This document shows, in pieces, positions 48,715 to 58,293 of a stretch of DNA of 60,288 nt. Position 1 is the first letter of the stretch. The number at the start of each line of letters is the position of its first letter. The position numbers were made by a program, and so were the translations under genes. The DNA lies in assembly GCA_009886115.1 (NCBI GenBank), contig VFJJ01000042.1, forward strand, positions 1-60,288, in the 5' to 3' direction. The notes beneath the pieces are model-generated. The model had not been told where the DNA came from and made no database searches. It saw only the letters and a program-made list of their open reading frames with translations. The stretch comes from Actinomycetota bacterium (GTDB lineage Bacteria > Actinomycetota > Acidimicrobiia > IMCC26256 > VFJJ01).

Positions 48715-50136
48715 GTGCCATCCCGACTGCGTGAGATCGCCATCGACCTGAGCCCCTTGCGGGTTCGGGAGTTCCGTCTGCTGTGGACGGGCTCCACGAT
48801 CTCGGCGATCGGCACGATGATCACACGCATCGCGGTCCCCTTCCAGGTGTACCGCCTCACCGGCTCCACGCTCTGGGTGGGCATCCTCGGCGGGATGGCC
48901 CTGGTGCCCTACATGGTGGGCGGCATCGTCGGCGGTGCCATCGCCGACGCTCACAACCGCCGCAACGTCGCTCGGGTGGTCTCGCTGGTCTGTGCCGTCT
49001 GCTCGGCCGGTCTGGCCCTCAACGCGGCGTCGATCAAGGCCGTGTGGCTGATCTTCGTGCTGTCGATCCTGCAGACCGGCTCACAGGCCATCGGCGCGCC
49101 CTCGGGCCGATCGGCCGTCCCCCTGCTCGTGCCGCCCGAGATGCTGCCGTCGGCCGCGGCGGTGCAGTCGGTGAGCTACACCTCGGCGTTCGTGATCGGC
49201 CCGGCGATCGGCGGGGTGCTGCTGGCGGTGGTGGGGCCCACGGGGGCCTATCTCGTCGACCTGGCGACCTTCGTGGCCCCCCTCATCACGTGGACCATGA
49301 TGAAGCCGATCGCGTCGGTGAGCAACGCCGGGCCGCCGTCGCGGGCCACCATCGTCGACGGGCTCCGGGTGCTCAAGGGCCGACCCGTGCTCCTGGCCAG
49401 CCTCCTCGCCGATCTCAACGCCATGATCTTCGGCATGCCCACGGCCCTGTTCCCCGCCGTGGTCGACCAACGCTTCGGCGGCAACGAGAACTACCTGGGC
49501 CTCATCGCCGCCGCGCCCTTCGCCGGGGCGTTCGTGGCCAGCATGACCAGCGGTTGGTGCAAGCGCATCCACCGCCAGGGGCTGGCGGTCATCGTCTCGG
49601 TCGTCTTCTGGGGACTGGGGATCGTCGCCTTCGGGCTCGTCGACGGCGCGGCGGCGAGCTTCGGCGCCTTGGCGGTGGCCGGCGCGGCCGACATGATCAG
49701 CGGGGTCTACCGACAGTCGATCATGCAGACCGCCGCGCCCCGCGACATGCTCGGCCGAATGGAGGGGGTCGGGATGGCCGTGTGGACCTCGGGCCCGGCC
49801 CTGGGCGATCTGGAAGCTGGCGCCGTGGCCGCGGCGACGAGCGTCGACGTCTCGATCGTGAGCGGCGGGGTGGCCTGCATCGCCGGCATCGCGGTCATGG
49901 CCGCCGCCATGCCGGGCTTTCGCACCTACGACGCCCGCGTCGGGATGGGCCTGGCGCTCGGCGTCGCGGCCTCCGAGCCGGCCCCCGAATCGACGGCGCC
50001 CGAGCCCGCTGTCCCCCGACCCGCGGCCTCCGAATCGACGACGGCCCCCGAGCCGGCGCCCGCCCAGCACGCGACTGGAGTCTCGACTCTGGCTCACGCC
50101 GTCGAGGTCGTCTCCGACGCCGGTTCCGGCTCCTGA
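48715..50136 (+). CDS. MFS transporter (EntS/MFS_3-like)
   Basis: DLSPLR.REFRLLW, VPFQVYRLTGS, GGAIADAHNRR, AMIFGMP.ALFP. Confidence 0.87.
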   Translation: MPSRLREIAIDLSPLRVREFRLLWTGSTISAIGTMITRIAVPFQVYRLTGSTLWVGILGGMALVPYMVGGIVGGAIADAHNRRNVARVVSLVCAVCSAGLALNAASIKAVWLIFVLSILQTGSQAIGAPSGRSAVPLLVPPEMLPSAAAVQSVSYTSAFVIGPAIGGVLLAVVGPTGAYLVDLATFVAPLITWTMMKPIASVSNAGPPSRATIVDGLRVLKGRPVLLASLLADLNAMIFGMPTALFPAVVDQRFGGNENYLGLIAAAPFAGAFVASMTSGWCKRIHRQGLAVIVSVVFWGLGIVAFGLVDGAAASFGALAVAGAADMISGVYRQSIMQTAAPRDMLGRMEGVGMAVWTSGPALGDLEAGAVAAATSVDVSIVSGGVACIAGIAVMAAAMPGFRTYDARVGMGLALGVAASEPAPESTAPEPAVPRPAASESTTAPEPAPAQHATGVSTLAHAVEVVSDAGSGS

Positions 50137-50663
50137 AGCGGGGCGCCCGCGGTGCCCGGTGGGAGCAACTCACGGAGGTCGACCGAGAGGATCTGATCGT
50201 CGCCGCTCGACAACAGCACCCGGAACTGCTGGAGATCGTGGGGATCGACGGGTCGTCCCTCGCAGTCGACGAGCGAGCGGGTCTCGCGTTCGGGTGACAC
50301 GGCACAGGGCGTGTCCGTCCCGATGCTCGCGACCGTGAGGGCGCGCAAGGCGGTGAGGTGCCCGTCGACCAGGTCGAGACAGAACGGCCGGGTGCCGTCG
50401 TCGGTGGGGTCGGCGTAGCAGACCGGACCCGAGCGCACGATGGTGTCGCCGACGTCGAGAGCGTTGTCGATCCGGAAGGGCTCGTAACCGGTGGGCCGGC
50501 TCTGGCCGCCGCTCGCCGCGTAGTACACGAGCACGGCGGCGACGAAGGCCAGGCACGCCACGGTGAAGCCGACGACCAGCGTCATGATCTGCCGCTGCTC
50601 GGGTGCCAAGCGGCGCCGGTGCCGCGGGGGTCGACCGTCGGTGCTGCGGCTCATCGGCTGCAC
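50094..50663 (-). CDS. hypothetical membrane-anchored protein with four Cys in the soluble domain
   Basis: Single TM (IMTLVVGFTVACLAFVAAVLVYY); fills the gap between MFS and sucC. Confidence 0.65.
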   Translation of the reverse strand: MQPMSRSTDGRPPRHRRRLAPEQRQIMTLVVGFTVACLAFVAAVLVYYAASGGQSRPTGYEPFRIDNALDVGDTIVRSGPVCYADPTDDGTRPFCLDLVDGHLTALRALTVASIGTDTPCAVSPERETRSLVDCEGRPVDPHDLQQFRVLLSSGDDQILSVDLRELLPPGTAGAPLQEPEPASETTSTA

Positions 50664-50832
50664 CGTAGATGCCGGGAACTCCTCGGCGGGATACGTCGGA
50701 GCGGGTCCGCATCACGACGCCTGCTCGCGTCAGACCACCGGGTTCGGTTCGGTCCGGGGCGTCGCAACTAGTGTTCGGCCAGCTCAGGGCTGGCTGACGG
50801 CCGGCGCAAAGGCAACGACCCCGGGGGCGGCA

Positions 50833-51978
50833 GTGGATCTCTTCGAGTACCAGGGCAAGCAGCTCTTCGCCCGCTACGGCATCCCCGTCTCGGCTGGCAA
50901 CGTTGCCGTCACGGTCGACGAGGCCGTGGCCGCGGCCGACGCCGCGGGCTACCCCGTCGTGGTCAAGGCACAGGTGCAGGTGGGCGGTCGCGGCAAGGCC
51001 GGCGGGATCAAGCTCGCCAACGACGCCGCCGAGGTCCGCCTCCATGCCGGCAACATCCTGGGCATGGACATCAAGGGCCATCTGGTGAAGCGGGTGTGGG
51101 TCGAGAACGCCTCCGACATCAGCGAGGAGTACTACGCCTCGTTCACGCTCGACCGGGGCGCCAAGAAGTACCTCGGGATGCTCTCGGCCCAGGGTGGCGT
51201 CGAGATCGAGCAGGTCGGTGAGGAGAAACCCGAGGCCATCGCCCGCATCCACATCGACCCGGCCGAGGGTCTGAGCGACGCCCAGGTGCGGGGCTGGGTG
51301 GCCGCGGCGAAGCTCAACCCGATTGCCACCGAGGGCGCGGTCGACATCCTCAAGAAGCTCTTCACGGCCTACACCGAGGGCGACACCGACCTGGCCGAGA
51401 TCAACCCGCTGATCCTCACGCCCGACAACCGGGTGCACGCCCTCGACGCCAAGGTCACCCTCGACGAGAACGCCGAGTTCCGCCATCCCGAGTGGGCGGA
51501 GTACGCCGCGACCCAGGAGATGGACGAGCGCGAGCGGGCGGCCAAGGAGAAGGGGCTGAACTACATCGGCCTCGACGGCACGGTCGGCATCATCGGCAAC
51601 GGCGCCGGGTTGGTGATGAGCACGCTCGACATCGTCACCCAGGTGGGCGGCACCGCGGCGAACTTCCTCGACGTCGGCGGCGGCGCCGGGGCCACGTTGC
51701 TCGCCAACGCCATCGAGGTCATCAACAACGACCCCAACGTGCGGGCGATCTTCATCAACATCTTCGGCGGCATCACCAAGTGCGACGAGGTCGCCAACGG
51801 CATCGTCGAGGCCATGGGCCGGGTCGAGCTGCGCTCGCCGATGGTCGTGCGCCTCGACGGAACGAACGCGGTCGAGGGCCGGGCCATCCTGGCCGGGCAC
51901 GTCTCGGACACGCTGATCCCGGCGGCCACGATGCTCGAGGCCGCCCAGAGGGTTGTCGCCATCGCTGGCGGCATGTGA
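50833..51978 (+). CDS. sucC: succinyl-CoA ligase beta subunit
   Basis: DLFEYQGK, KAQV..GGRGKAGGIK, EINPL, GNGAGLVMST.D, ANFLDVGGG, NIFGGI. Confidence 0.97.
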   Translation: MDLFEYQGKQLFARYGIPVSAGNVAVTVDEAVAAADAAGYPVVVKAQVQVGGRGKAGGIKLANDAAEVRLHAGNILGMDIKGHLVKRVWVENASDISEEYYASFTLDRGAKKYLGMLSAQGGVEIEQVGEEKPEAIARIHIDPAEGLSDAQVRGWVAAAKLNPIATEGAVDILKKLFTAYTEGDTDLAEINPLILTPDNRVHALDAKVTLDENAEFRHPEWAEYAATQEMDERERAAKEKGLNYIGLDGTVGIIGNGAGLVMSTLDIVTQVGGTAANFLDVGGGAGATLLANAIEVINNDPNVRAIFINIFGGITKCDEVANGIVEAMGRVELRSPMVVRLDGTNAVEGRAILAGHVSDTLIPAATMLEAAQRVVAIAGGM

Positions 51979-52000
51979 CGACCGGGGAGACACGGAGCTC

Positions 52001-52101
52001 ATGAGCGAGCCGAAGGCGACCGAATCAGTGGACAGAGTGCATCAGTCGCCACGAAGTGGCGATCTGCTCGCTGGTGCATCCCGAAGGGGGCACCAGTGAG
52101 C
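52001..52101 (+). repeat. palindromic insert between sucC and sucD, flanked by TGAGC repeats and carrying a 32-codon ORF
   Basis: Three cGAAg hairpins; ATG 52001 to TGA 52099 overlapping the sucD GTG. Confidence 0.55.
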
Positions 52102-52980
52102 ATCTTCGTCGACAAGAGCACCCGGGTCGTCTACCAGGGCCTCACCGGTAGCCAGGGCAGCTTCCACGGGCTGCGCAACCGGGCTTACGGCACCCAGGTG
52201 GTCGCAGGCACGAACCCCAAGAAGGCCGGAACCGACGTCGAGGGCGTGCCGATCTTCGCCACGGTCGCCGATGCGGTGAGAGAGACCGGCGCCAACGCGT
52301 CGTGCATCTTCATCCCCGCTCCCGGTGTGGCCTCCGCCGTGATGGAGGCGGCTCAGGGTGGGGTCGAGTTCATCGTGGTCATCACCGAGGGTGTGCCGGC
52401 CCACGACGAGGCGCGTTTCTTCAACGTGCTCAAGCGCGACTACCCGCACGTTCAGCTGCTCGGACCCAACTGCCCCGGCGTCATCACCCCGGGCGAGTGC
52501 AACATCGGCATCACGCCGGGCGAGATCGCGCTGGCCGGCGGCTCGGTCGGGATCGTCTCACGGTCGGGAACGCTCACCTACCAGGCCCTGCACGAGCTCA
52601 CCCAGCTCGGGATCGGCCAGAGCACCTGCGTCGGCATCGGCGGCGATCCCGTTCCCGGCACGTCGTTCATCGACTGCCTGTCGCGCTTCCAGGCCGATCC
52701 GGCCACCGAGGCCGTGATCATGATCGGCGAGATCGGCGGCTCGGCCGAAGAAGAGGCGGCGGAGTACATCAAGACCAAGATGACCAAGCCCGTGGTCACC
52801 TACATCGCCGGTCAGACGGCTCCTCCGGGCAAGAAGATGGGCCACGCCGGAGCGATCATCAGCGGGGGCAAGGGCACGGCCGAGGCCAAGATCTCAGCGC
52901 TGCGCGACGCCGGCTGCGATGTGGCCCGCAACCCCACCGAGATCGGTGGCCTCATGGCCGAGCGGCTCCGCAAGGGGTAA
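52096..52980 (+). CDS. sucD: succinyl-CoA ligase alpha subunit
   Basis: [37 protein letters not shown]. Confidence 0.97.
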   Translation: MSIFVDKSTRVVYQGLTGSQGSFHGLRNRAYGTQVVAGTNPKKAGTDVEGVPIFATVADAVRETGANASCIFIPAPGVASAVMEAAQGGVEFIVVITEGVPAHDEARFFNVLKRDYPHVQLLGPNCPGVITPGECNIGITPGEIALAGGSVGIVSRSGTLTYQALHELTQLGIGQSTCVGIGGDPVPGTSFIDCLSRFQADPATEAVIMIGEIGGSAEEEAAEYIKTKMTKPVVTYIAGQTAPPGKKMGHAGAIISGGKGTAEAKISALRDAGCDVARNPTEIGGLMAERLRKG

Positions 52981-53310
52981 CGACCTGCGGCGGTCGCGGC
53001 GTGGCCAGGCTGCGCCGATCAACGTCGTCAGCTTGACGACGAGCGCGATGGCCGCGATCACGAACACCAATGGCGCCAAGGGATGCGCGTCGAGCGCGCC
53101 CCCGAGGTCGCCGTGGGCGAAGCGCACGAAGCCCCGGGTCATCCCGCAGGTGAGACAGCTGTGGCCGGTGACGAGCCGGAACGGGCACAGCACCGGTCCC
53201 GCGTCGACACGCGCCGGGTCGAGCACGAAGCTGGCAGCGAGTGCCGCAGCCGTGCCCGACCAGCCCACGGCTGCCGCGAGCCGGTCGCCGGTACGCTCGA
53301 TCGCGGTCAT
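52894..53310 (-). CDS. DUF2752-family membrane protein
   Basis: [20 protein letters not shown]....HGD...A...HPL. Confidence 0.85.
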   Translation of the reverse strand: MTAIERTGDRLAAAVGWSGTAAALAASFVLDPARVDAGPVLCPFRLVTGHSCLTCGMTRGFVRFAHGDLGGALDAHPLAPLVFVIAAIALVVKLTTLIGAAWPRRDRRRSLPLAEPLGHEATDLGGVAGHIAAGVAQR

Positions 53311-53343
53311 CGCAGCGCCTTGGCGTCCCTGCGTCTCAGCGTC

Positions 53344-53877
53344 TCAGCGTCTCAGCGGTCGTCCATCGGGTCCGGTGAGTGACCCGGTGGCGATCAGGAT
53401 GATGTCGATGATGGCCCAGATGCCCAGTCCGCCACAGGTCAGAAGCTTGAGCACCCCGAGGCCGGTGTGGCCCAGGTAGAACCGGTCGACGCCCAAGCCG
53501 CCGAGGAACACCGACAGCAGCAACGCGGTCAGCCACTCCTTGTCGGAGAACAGCCCCGGAACGTCGCGCGCCTGGAACCAGCCCGTTCCGTCGGCGCGGA
53601 CGTTGGTCTCGGACAGCACGTTCTTCGAGCGCACCAGGTTCTGCAGATCTGTGTAGGTGTACGGGCCCTGCTCGGACCCGAAGATCGCGACGAAGAAGCG
53701 CGAGTTGGGCCCGGGCCCGATCGACAGGCCTGGTGCGCCGTACCCGGGAGGCGGTCCCGGCGCATAGCCCGGCGGGGGAGCACCGAAGCCCCCTGGTTGG
53801 GGCTGGCTTCCGGGCCCCGGCGGCGGTGGCGGGAAGCCTCCGCCTGCACCAGGATCCTGCGGCGGTGTGAAGCTCAC
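53344..53877 (-). CDS. TM2-domain membrane protein with Pro/Gly-rich N-terminus and GYF_2-like domain
   Basis: QGPY...[52 protein letters not shown] before GTG 53877. Confidence 0.88.
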   Translation of the reverse strand: MSFTPPQDPGAGGGFPPPPPGPGSQPQPGGFGAPPPGYAPGPPPGYGAPGLSIGPGPNSRFFVAIFGSEQGPYTYTDLQNLVRSKNVLSETNVRADGTGWFQARDVPGLFSDKEWLTALLLSVFLGGLGVDRFYLGHTGLGVLKLLTCGGLGIWAIIDIILIATGSLTGPDGRPLRR

Positions 53878-54196
53878 GGTGACCTCCCTGATCGAGTTCC
53901 GAGATGGTACAGGTCGACGGTCGGCGCGGTGGCGGACGTCCCGCCTGCCCTCGCCCGTCAGTCCGTCGCCCCGACCACCTCGGGTTCCGGCGCCTTCTCG
54001 GTAGCTTCCCGGGGGGTTCGCTCGACGATGAACGAGAATCCGCAACGCGACGCGACGGCCGTGAGCGAACGCACAGCACCGGCTCGGCTGTCCGAATGCG
54101 CTTCCGCGGAACGGACATCGGGCATTTCGCCCCGATCTCGCGGCTGCTTCGAGCCGATCGGTAACACCGTCGGCTGACACTCACATCATTGGGCAC

Positions 54197-55294
54197 TCAG
54201 CCGAGCGAGCTCAGCTTCACGACCCGGGTGGACGGCAGGACGTCGATCACGTCGAGGCCCACCCAGCGCACGCCGATCGTGCCGCGCTGGTGGCCGGCGG
54301 TGTCGAGCCAGTTCGCCACGCCGGGATCGCGCTGCGCCACCACGAACCGGACGCTCCCGTCAGCCTCGAGTGTGGCGGTGTGGCAGTTCAGGCTGGACTG
54401 GTGGTGGACGTAGTCGAGCGTCTCCATCCAGTGGTTGTGGAGGGCGATCATCCAGTAATCGCACCCCGGCGGCATGACCTCGACCACGAGGGCCTCGTCG
54501 GCAGCCAGCTCGAAGTACGCCTGGTGCCAGGTGATCTGCGGGTCCTTGAACTTGAAGGTGTCGTCGTCCTGCGCCTCGTCGCGGAACTCGTTGGGCCACT
54601 GGGACTGGCGCAGGGCCCACTGGGCGCCGATGCCGGCGACGGCCTTCACGTAGTGGCGGGCGGTGAGCAGCGATCGGTAGAGGTGGTGTGGCGACAGGGG
54701 ATCGGGCGTCGAGTCGTCACCGCCGATGCGCTCGATGTGGAGCTCGGCGTGTTCCTGATGGCGCTTGTCGAGGAAGGTCTGGCGGATCGCCAACGACCTC
54801 GTGTCGGCCTCGGAGCGCAACCAGTTCCCAGGGTGGCGGTCTTGGGAGATGATCACCTCGAAGGTGCCGTCGGGCTCGATGTGCATCTGCTCCTCGTGCA
54901 TGGTGGCGCCGGTACCGGGGCCACCGCCGCCGAAGCCGGCGCCGGAGAACAGGTTGAAGCTGATCCACTTCGCCGCGCCTCGCGTCCCCCAGATCCGGTA
55001 GTCGTAGCGACCGTCGAGCGAGGCGCCGAGGTAGTGGTTGTCGGGGTTCTCGCCGACGATCTTGATGGTCTCGTGGCACGTGCAGATGAGCTGGGGATGG
55101 CTCGGCTGGCCGTGCTCGAGGTGGGTCTCCAACGCCCCCCGCAGCAACCGGGTGAGCAGTCGGAACCCCTCGGCGCGGTCGAGCGGATCGTCGGGATGGC
55201 CATCCGCCAGCACGACGGCACCGGCGTCGGCGAGCAGGTCGCAGAACTCCCGCCAGGCGGTTCCGTCGACCACCTTGGCCGTGACCTCGTCCAT
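54197..55294 (-). CDS. DUF1214-like actinobacterial protein
   Basis: AWREFCD.L, DRAEGFRLLTRL, ENPDN.Y, YW...L.N.W.ETLDY, DPGVANWLDTAGH. Confidence 0.75.
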   Translation of the reverse strand: MDEVTAKVVDGTAWREFCDLLADAGAVVLADGHPDDPLDRAEGFRLLTRLLRGALETHLEHGQPSHPQLICTCHETIKIVGENPDNHYLGASLDGRYDYRIWGTRGAAKWISFNLFSGAGFGGGGPGTGATMHEEQMHIEPDGTFEVIISQDRHPGNWLRSEADTRSLAIRQTFLDKRHQEHAELHIERIGGDDSTPDPLSPHHLYRSLLTARHYVKAVAGIGAQWALRQSQWPNEFRDEAQDDDTFKFKDPQITWHQAYFELAADEALVVEVMPPGCDYWMIALHNHWMETLDYVHHQSSLNCHTATLEADGSVRFVVAQRDPGVANWLDTAGHQRGTIGVRWVGLDVIDVLPSTRVVKLSSLG

Positions 55295-55330
55295 CAGGTT
55301 CCTCCTCGGTCGCTTGGTAGGGAGGCCAGC

Positions 55331-56206
55331 TCAGCCGGGGCGGCTCACCCGGTTCCGGAGCGTGCAGACGCCCTCGACGGTGACCTCGACGGAGTCGCCG
55401 TCTCCGAGGAAGACGGGCGGGGTGCGGGCGTTGCCGACGCCGGCGGGCGTGCCCGTGAGGATCACGTCGCCCGGTTCGAGTGTCACCCCGGCCGAGAGCA
55501 TGCACACCAGCTCGGGGATCGAGAAGATGAGGTCGCGGGTGTTCCCTCGCTGCATCACGACGCCGTTCACCCGGGTGGTGAGGTCGAGGTTGCCCACGTC
55601 GACCTCGTCGAGGGTGACGAGCACGGGACCCAAGGGGCAGAAGGTGTCGATCGACTTCGACCAGGTGAACTGCGTGGTCGTGAACTGGTGGTCTCGGGCG
55701 CTCACGTCGTTGGCCGCCGTCACGCCGGCGACGTACGACAGGGCGTCGGACTGGCTCACGTCGCGCGCCCGGCGCCCGATCACCACGGCCACCTCGCCCT
55801 CCCAGTCGGGCTTGGTCACGTTGGGGGGCACGACGATGGTGCCGTCGTGGGCGAGGAGCGCCCCGGGCGACTTGGCGAACACCGTGGGCTCTGCCGGTCG
55901 TTCGGTGGAACGCCCGGTCTCGGCGGCGTGATCGCGATAGTTGATCCCGATGCACCAGATCATGCGGGGCTTGGGGATGGGAGCCTGCAGCTTGGCCTGG
56001 AGCATGTCGACGCCGATGGGCACCGTGGCGTCGGCGGCGAGCCGTTCCTCGGCCTCGGCGATGATGTCGGAGACCCGGTCGAGCCCGCCGGCGGCCAGGA
56101 ACTGGCACGGCCCCGTCGGAAGGCTCGCGGCGCCCCCGAGGTCGATGGCTCGAGCGCCCTGGGCGACGAGAGCGTGGAGCCGGCCTTCGATCGAGACGAG
56201 ACGCAC
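55331..56206 (-). CDS. fumarylacetoacetate hydrolase family protein
   Basis: CIGINYRDHAAE, DWEGEVAVVIG, NDVSARD, KSIDTFCPLGP, GDVILTGTPAGVG. Confidence 0.93.
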   Translation of the reverse strand: MRLVSIEGRLHALVAQGARAIDLGGAASLPTGPCQFLAAGGLDRVSDIIAEAEERLAADATVPIGVDMLQAKLQAPIPKPRMIWCIGINYRDHAAETGRSTERPAEPTVFAKSPGALLAHDGTIVVPPNVTKPDWEGEVAVVIGRRARDVSQSDALSYVAGVTAANDVSARDHQFTTTQFTWSKSIDTFCPLGPVLVTLDEVDVGNLDLTTRVNGVVMQRGNTRDLIFSIPELVCMLSAGVTLEPGDVILTGTPAGVGNARTPPVFLGDGDSVEVTVEGVCTLRNRVSRPG

Positions 56207-56328
56207 GGTGGCCTCCTGCGATGGCTGAGTGGCGGGTGGGTGTGGTTGGGCGACGGGTGACGGGTGCCCGTGATCGTCGCGCGCTCGCTGGTGGGCGCGT
56301 GGCATTTGCCGGCGGGCATGATGACGGC

Positions 56329-57123
56329 GTGCCGAACCCGTCCCGTCAACAGCCCATCATGGACCACGTGTCGCTCGCCGCCGAGTCGACCATCCCGCTG
56401 CTCGACCGGTACCGCGGCGACCTCGGCGGTGTCTGGATCGACGATGCGATCGCCCCGGGCATGCACTGGCTGCAGGTGCGCTACGCCAACGGCATGAAGG
56501 TCGAGATGCTCGAACCGGCCCGGGTCGACGCCTTCCCGTTCCTGCGGCGCTACCTCGACCAGCTCGGTGCCGGCCCGCACCACTACACGTTCAAGGTCGC
56601 CGACCTCACCGCGATGATCGAGGCGCTCGAGACCAACGGCTACACGGTCACCGGGGTCAATCGCGACGACCCCAACTGGCAGGAGGGCTTCGTGCGCCCC
56701 AAGGAGGCGCTGGGAATCGTCGTCCAGGTAGCCGCTGGCCCCGACGAGACCGAGCATGTCCCGCCAGCGGGAACCGTGGAGCCCCGGTGCGAGCGGCCAG
56801 CCCAGCTCGCCCGGATCGTGCATCTCGTTCGATCGATCGCCGAGGCCCGGCGGCTCTTCGTGGGCGTGCTCGGCGGCCAGGTCATCGACCGTTCGGCGGG
56901 TTGGCTCGAGTTGGCCTGGCCTGGGCCCGGGCGCATCGGCTTCATGGAACCGGAGCCCGGAAGCCGTTGGGACGCTTGGTTGGGCGCTCGCCCCGGCCGG
57001 CTGGGGTGGCTCGACTTCAGCCTGGTCGATCCCGACCCGATCGGCGACGTCGAGCACGACAAGCTGGGCCAGGCCTGGATCCCCGCCGAGCACAACCACG
57101 GCGTCTGGTTGCGTCTGCGCTGA
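56329..57123 (+). CDS. VOC/glyoxalase superfamily protein, two domains (start 56329 or 56359)
   Basis: MDHVSLA, KVEMLEP, FLRRYL...GAGPHHYTFKV.DL, WQEGF.RPK.A.GIVVQ. Confidence 0.82.
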   Translation: MPNPSRQQPIMDHVSLAAESTIPLLDRYRGDLGGVWIDDAIAPGMHWLQVRYANGMKVEMLEPARVDAFPFLRRYLDQLGAGPHHYTFKVADLTAMIEALETNGYTVTGVNRDDPNWQEGFVRPKEALGIVVQVAAGPDETEHVPPAGTVEPRCERPAQLARIVHLVRSIAEARRLFVGVLGGQVIDRSAGWLELAWPGPGRIGFMEPEPGSRWDAWLGARPGRLGWLDFSLVDPDPIGDVEHDKLGQAWIPAEHNHGVWLRLR

Positions 57124-57144
57124 CGGCTGACGGCCTCCACCCTC

Positions 57145-57194
57145 GACCAAGAGTGAGAAGCGCCCCCCATACCCAGGACAACTCACCCCTGATC
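57145..57194. repeat. 50-bp imperfect palindrome, REP-like (copy 2)
   Basis: Same length and layout as 41101-41150. Confidence 0.75.
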
Positions 57195-57313
57195 CGGTAC
57201 GGGCTGGGAACCGGCCAGCGGTCGGTGTGCATCGGGCGTTCGGGATCTGGGAGCCTCGCGGCACTCAGGCTGAGCTACAGCGTTGCAGCGCCGACGACAC
57301 CGGGGGCACACCG

Positions 57314-58231
57314 ATGGGATTGATGGACGGCAAGGTCGCGATCGTCACGGGCGCAGGACGGGGGATCGGACGCCAGGAAGCGTTGCTGCTCGCCCGGGAG
57401 GGGGCCAAGGTCGTCGTCAACGACCTCGGGGGCAGCACCGGCGGCGACGGAGCCGACACCACGCCGGCGCAGCAGGTCGTGGACGAGATCACCTTGGCCG
57501 GTGGTGAGGCCGTCGCCAACTACGCGAACGTGGCGACGTTCGACGGGGGCCGCGACCTCGTGGCCCAAGCCGTCAGCACGTTCGGCGGGCTCGACATCCT
57601 CGTGAACAACGCCGGCATCCTCCGTGATCGCATGAGCTTCTCGATGAGCGAGGAGGAGTGGGACGCCGTCATCGCCGTCCATCTCAAGGGGCATTTCTGC
57701 CCGACCCGCTTCGCCGTCGAGCACTGGCGGAACCGGTTCAAGGAGACCGACGTACCGGTCAACGCCAAGATCGTGAACACGTCCTCGGAGGCCGGGCTCT
57801 ACGGCAACGCCGGGCAGCTCAACTACGCAGCCGCCAAGGCCGGCATCGCAGCCATGACCCTCGTCGAGGCTCGTGAGATGGGTCGCTACGGCGTGCGGGC
57901 CAACGCCATCGCCCCGGTCGCCCGCACTCGGCTGCTCGGCACCGTCGGCATGGGCGAGAGTGGCAGCGACGAGATGGAAGAGCCTCTCGACCGGCTCGCG
58001 CCGCAGAACGTCGCCGCGTGCGTCGCGTGGCTGTGCTCCGACCTGTCTGATCCGATCACCGGCCAGGTGTTCAAGATCGCCGGTGGGCTCGTGCAGGTGC
58101 TCGGGGGCTGGCGCGCCTGGCGCACCGTCCGCAGTGCCGAGAACTGGACGATCGAGACCATCGACAAGGCCAAGGGCACCCTGTTCAACGATCGCTCGAC
58201 GGGTGTTCCGCCGTTCTACACCGAGATGTAG
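57314..58231 (+). CDS. short-chain dehydrogenase/reductase
   Basis: VTGAGRGIG, VVVNDLG, NNAGILRD, NYAAAK. Confidence 0.93.
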   Translation: MGLMDGKVAIVTGAGRGIGRQEALLLAREGAKVVVNDLGGSTGGDGADTTPAQQVVDEITLAGGEAVANYANVATFDGGRDLVAQAVSTFGGLDILVNNAGILRDRMSFSMSEEEWDAVIAVHLKGHFCPTRFAVEHWRNRFKETDVPVNAKIVNTSSEAGLYGNAGQLNYAAAKAGIAAMTLVEAREMGRYGVRANAIAPVARTRLLGTVGMGESGSDEMEEPLDRLAPQNVAACVAWLCSDLSDPITGQVFKIAGGLVQVLGGWRAWRTVRSAENWTIETIDKAKGTLFNDRSTGVPPFYTEM

Positions 58232-58293
58232 GCGGCGTCGACGGTGGAATGGGGCCCGGCGGGTCAGCGGGTCAGCGGGGCCGATCGATCGGC

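Noticed and set aside
45789..48884. Very long antisense or alternate-frame ORFs (e.g. 1031 aa opposite pcrA, 711 aa opposite glmS, 755 aa at 41134-43401, 613 aa opposite rplV-rpsC)
   Set aside because: Shadow ORFs expected from high GC3 codon bias; no motifs, and they overlap well-supported genes.
53900..54160. c-di-AMP or c-di-GMP riboswitch before the TM2 gene
   Set aside because: Consensus motifs do not match; kept only as an unclassified structure.
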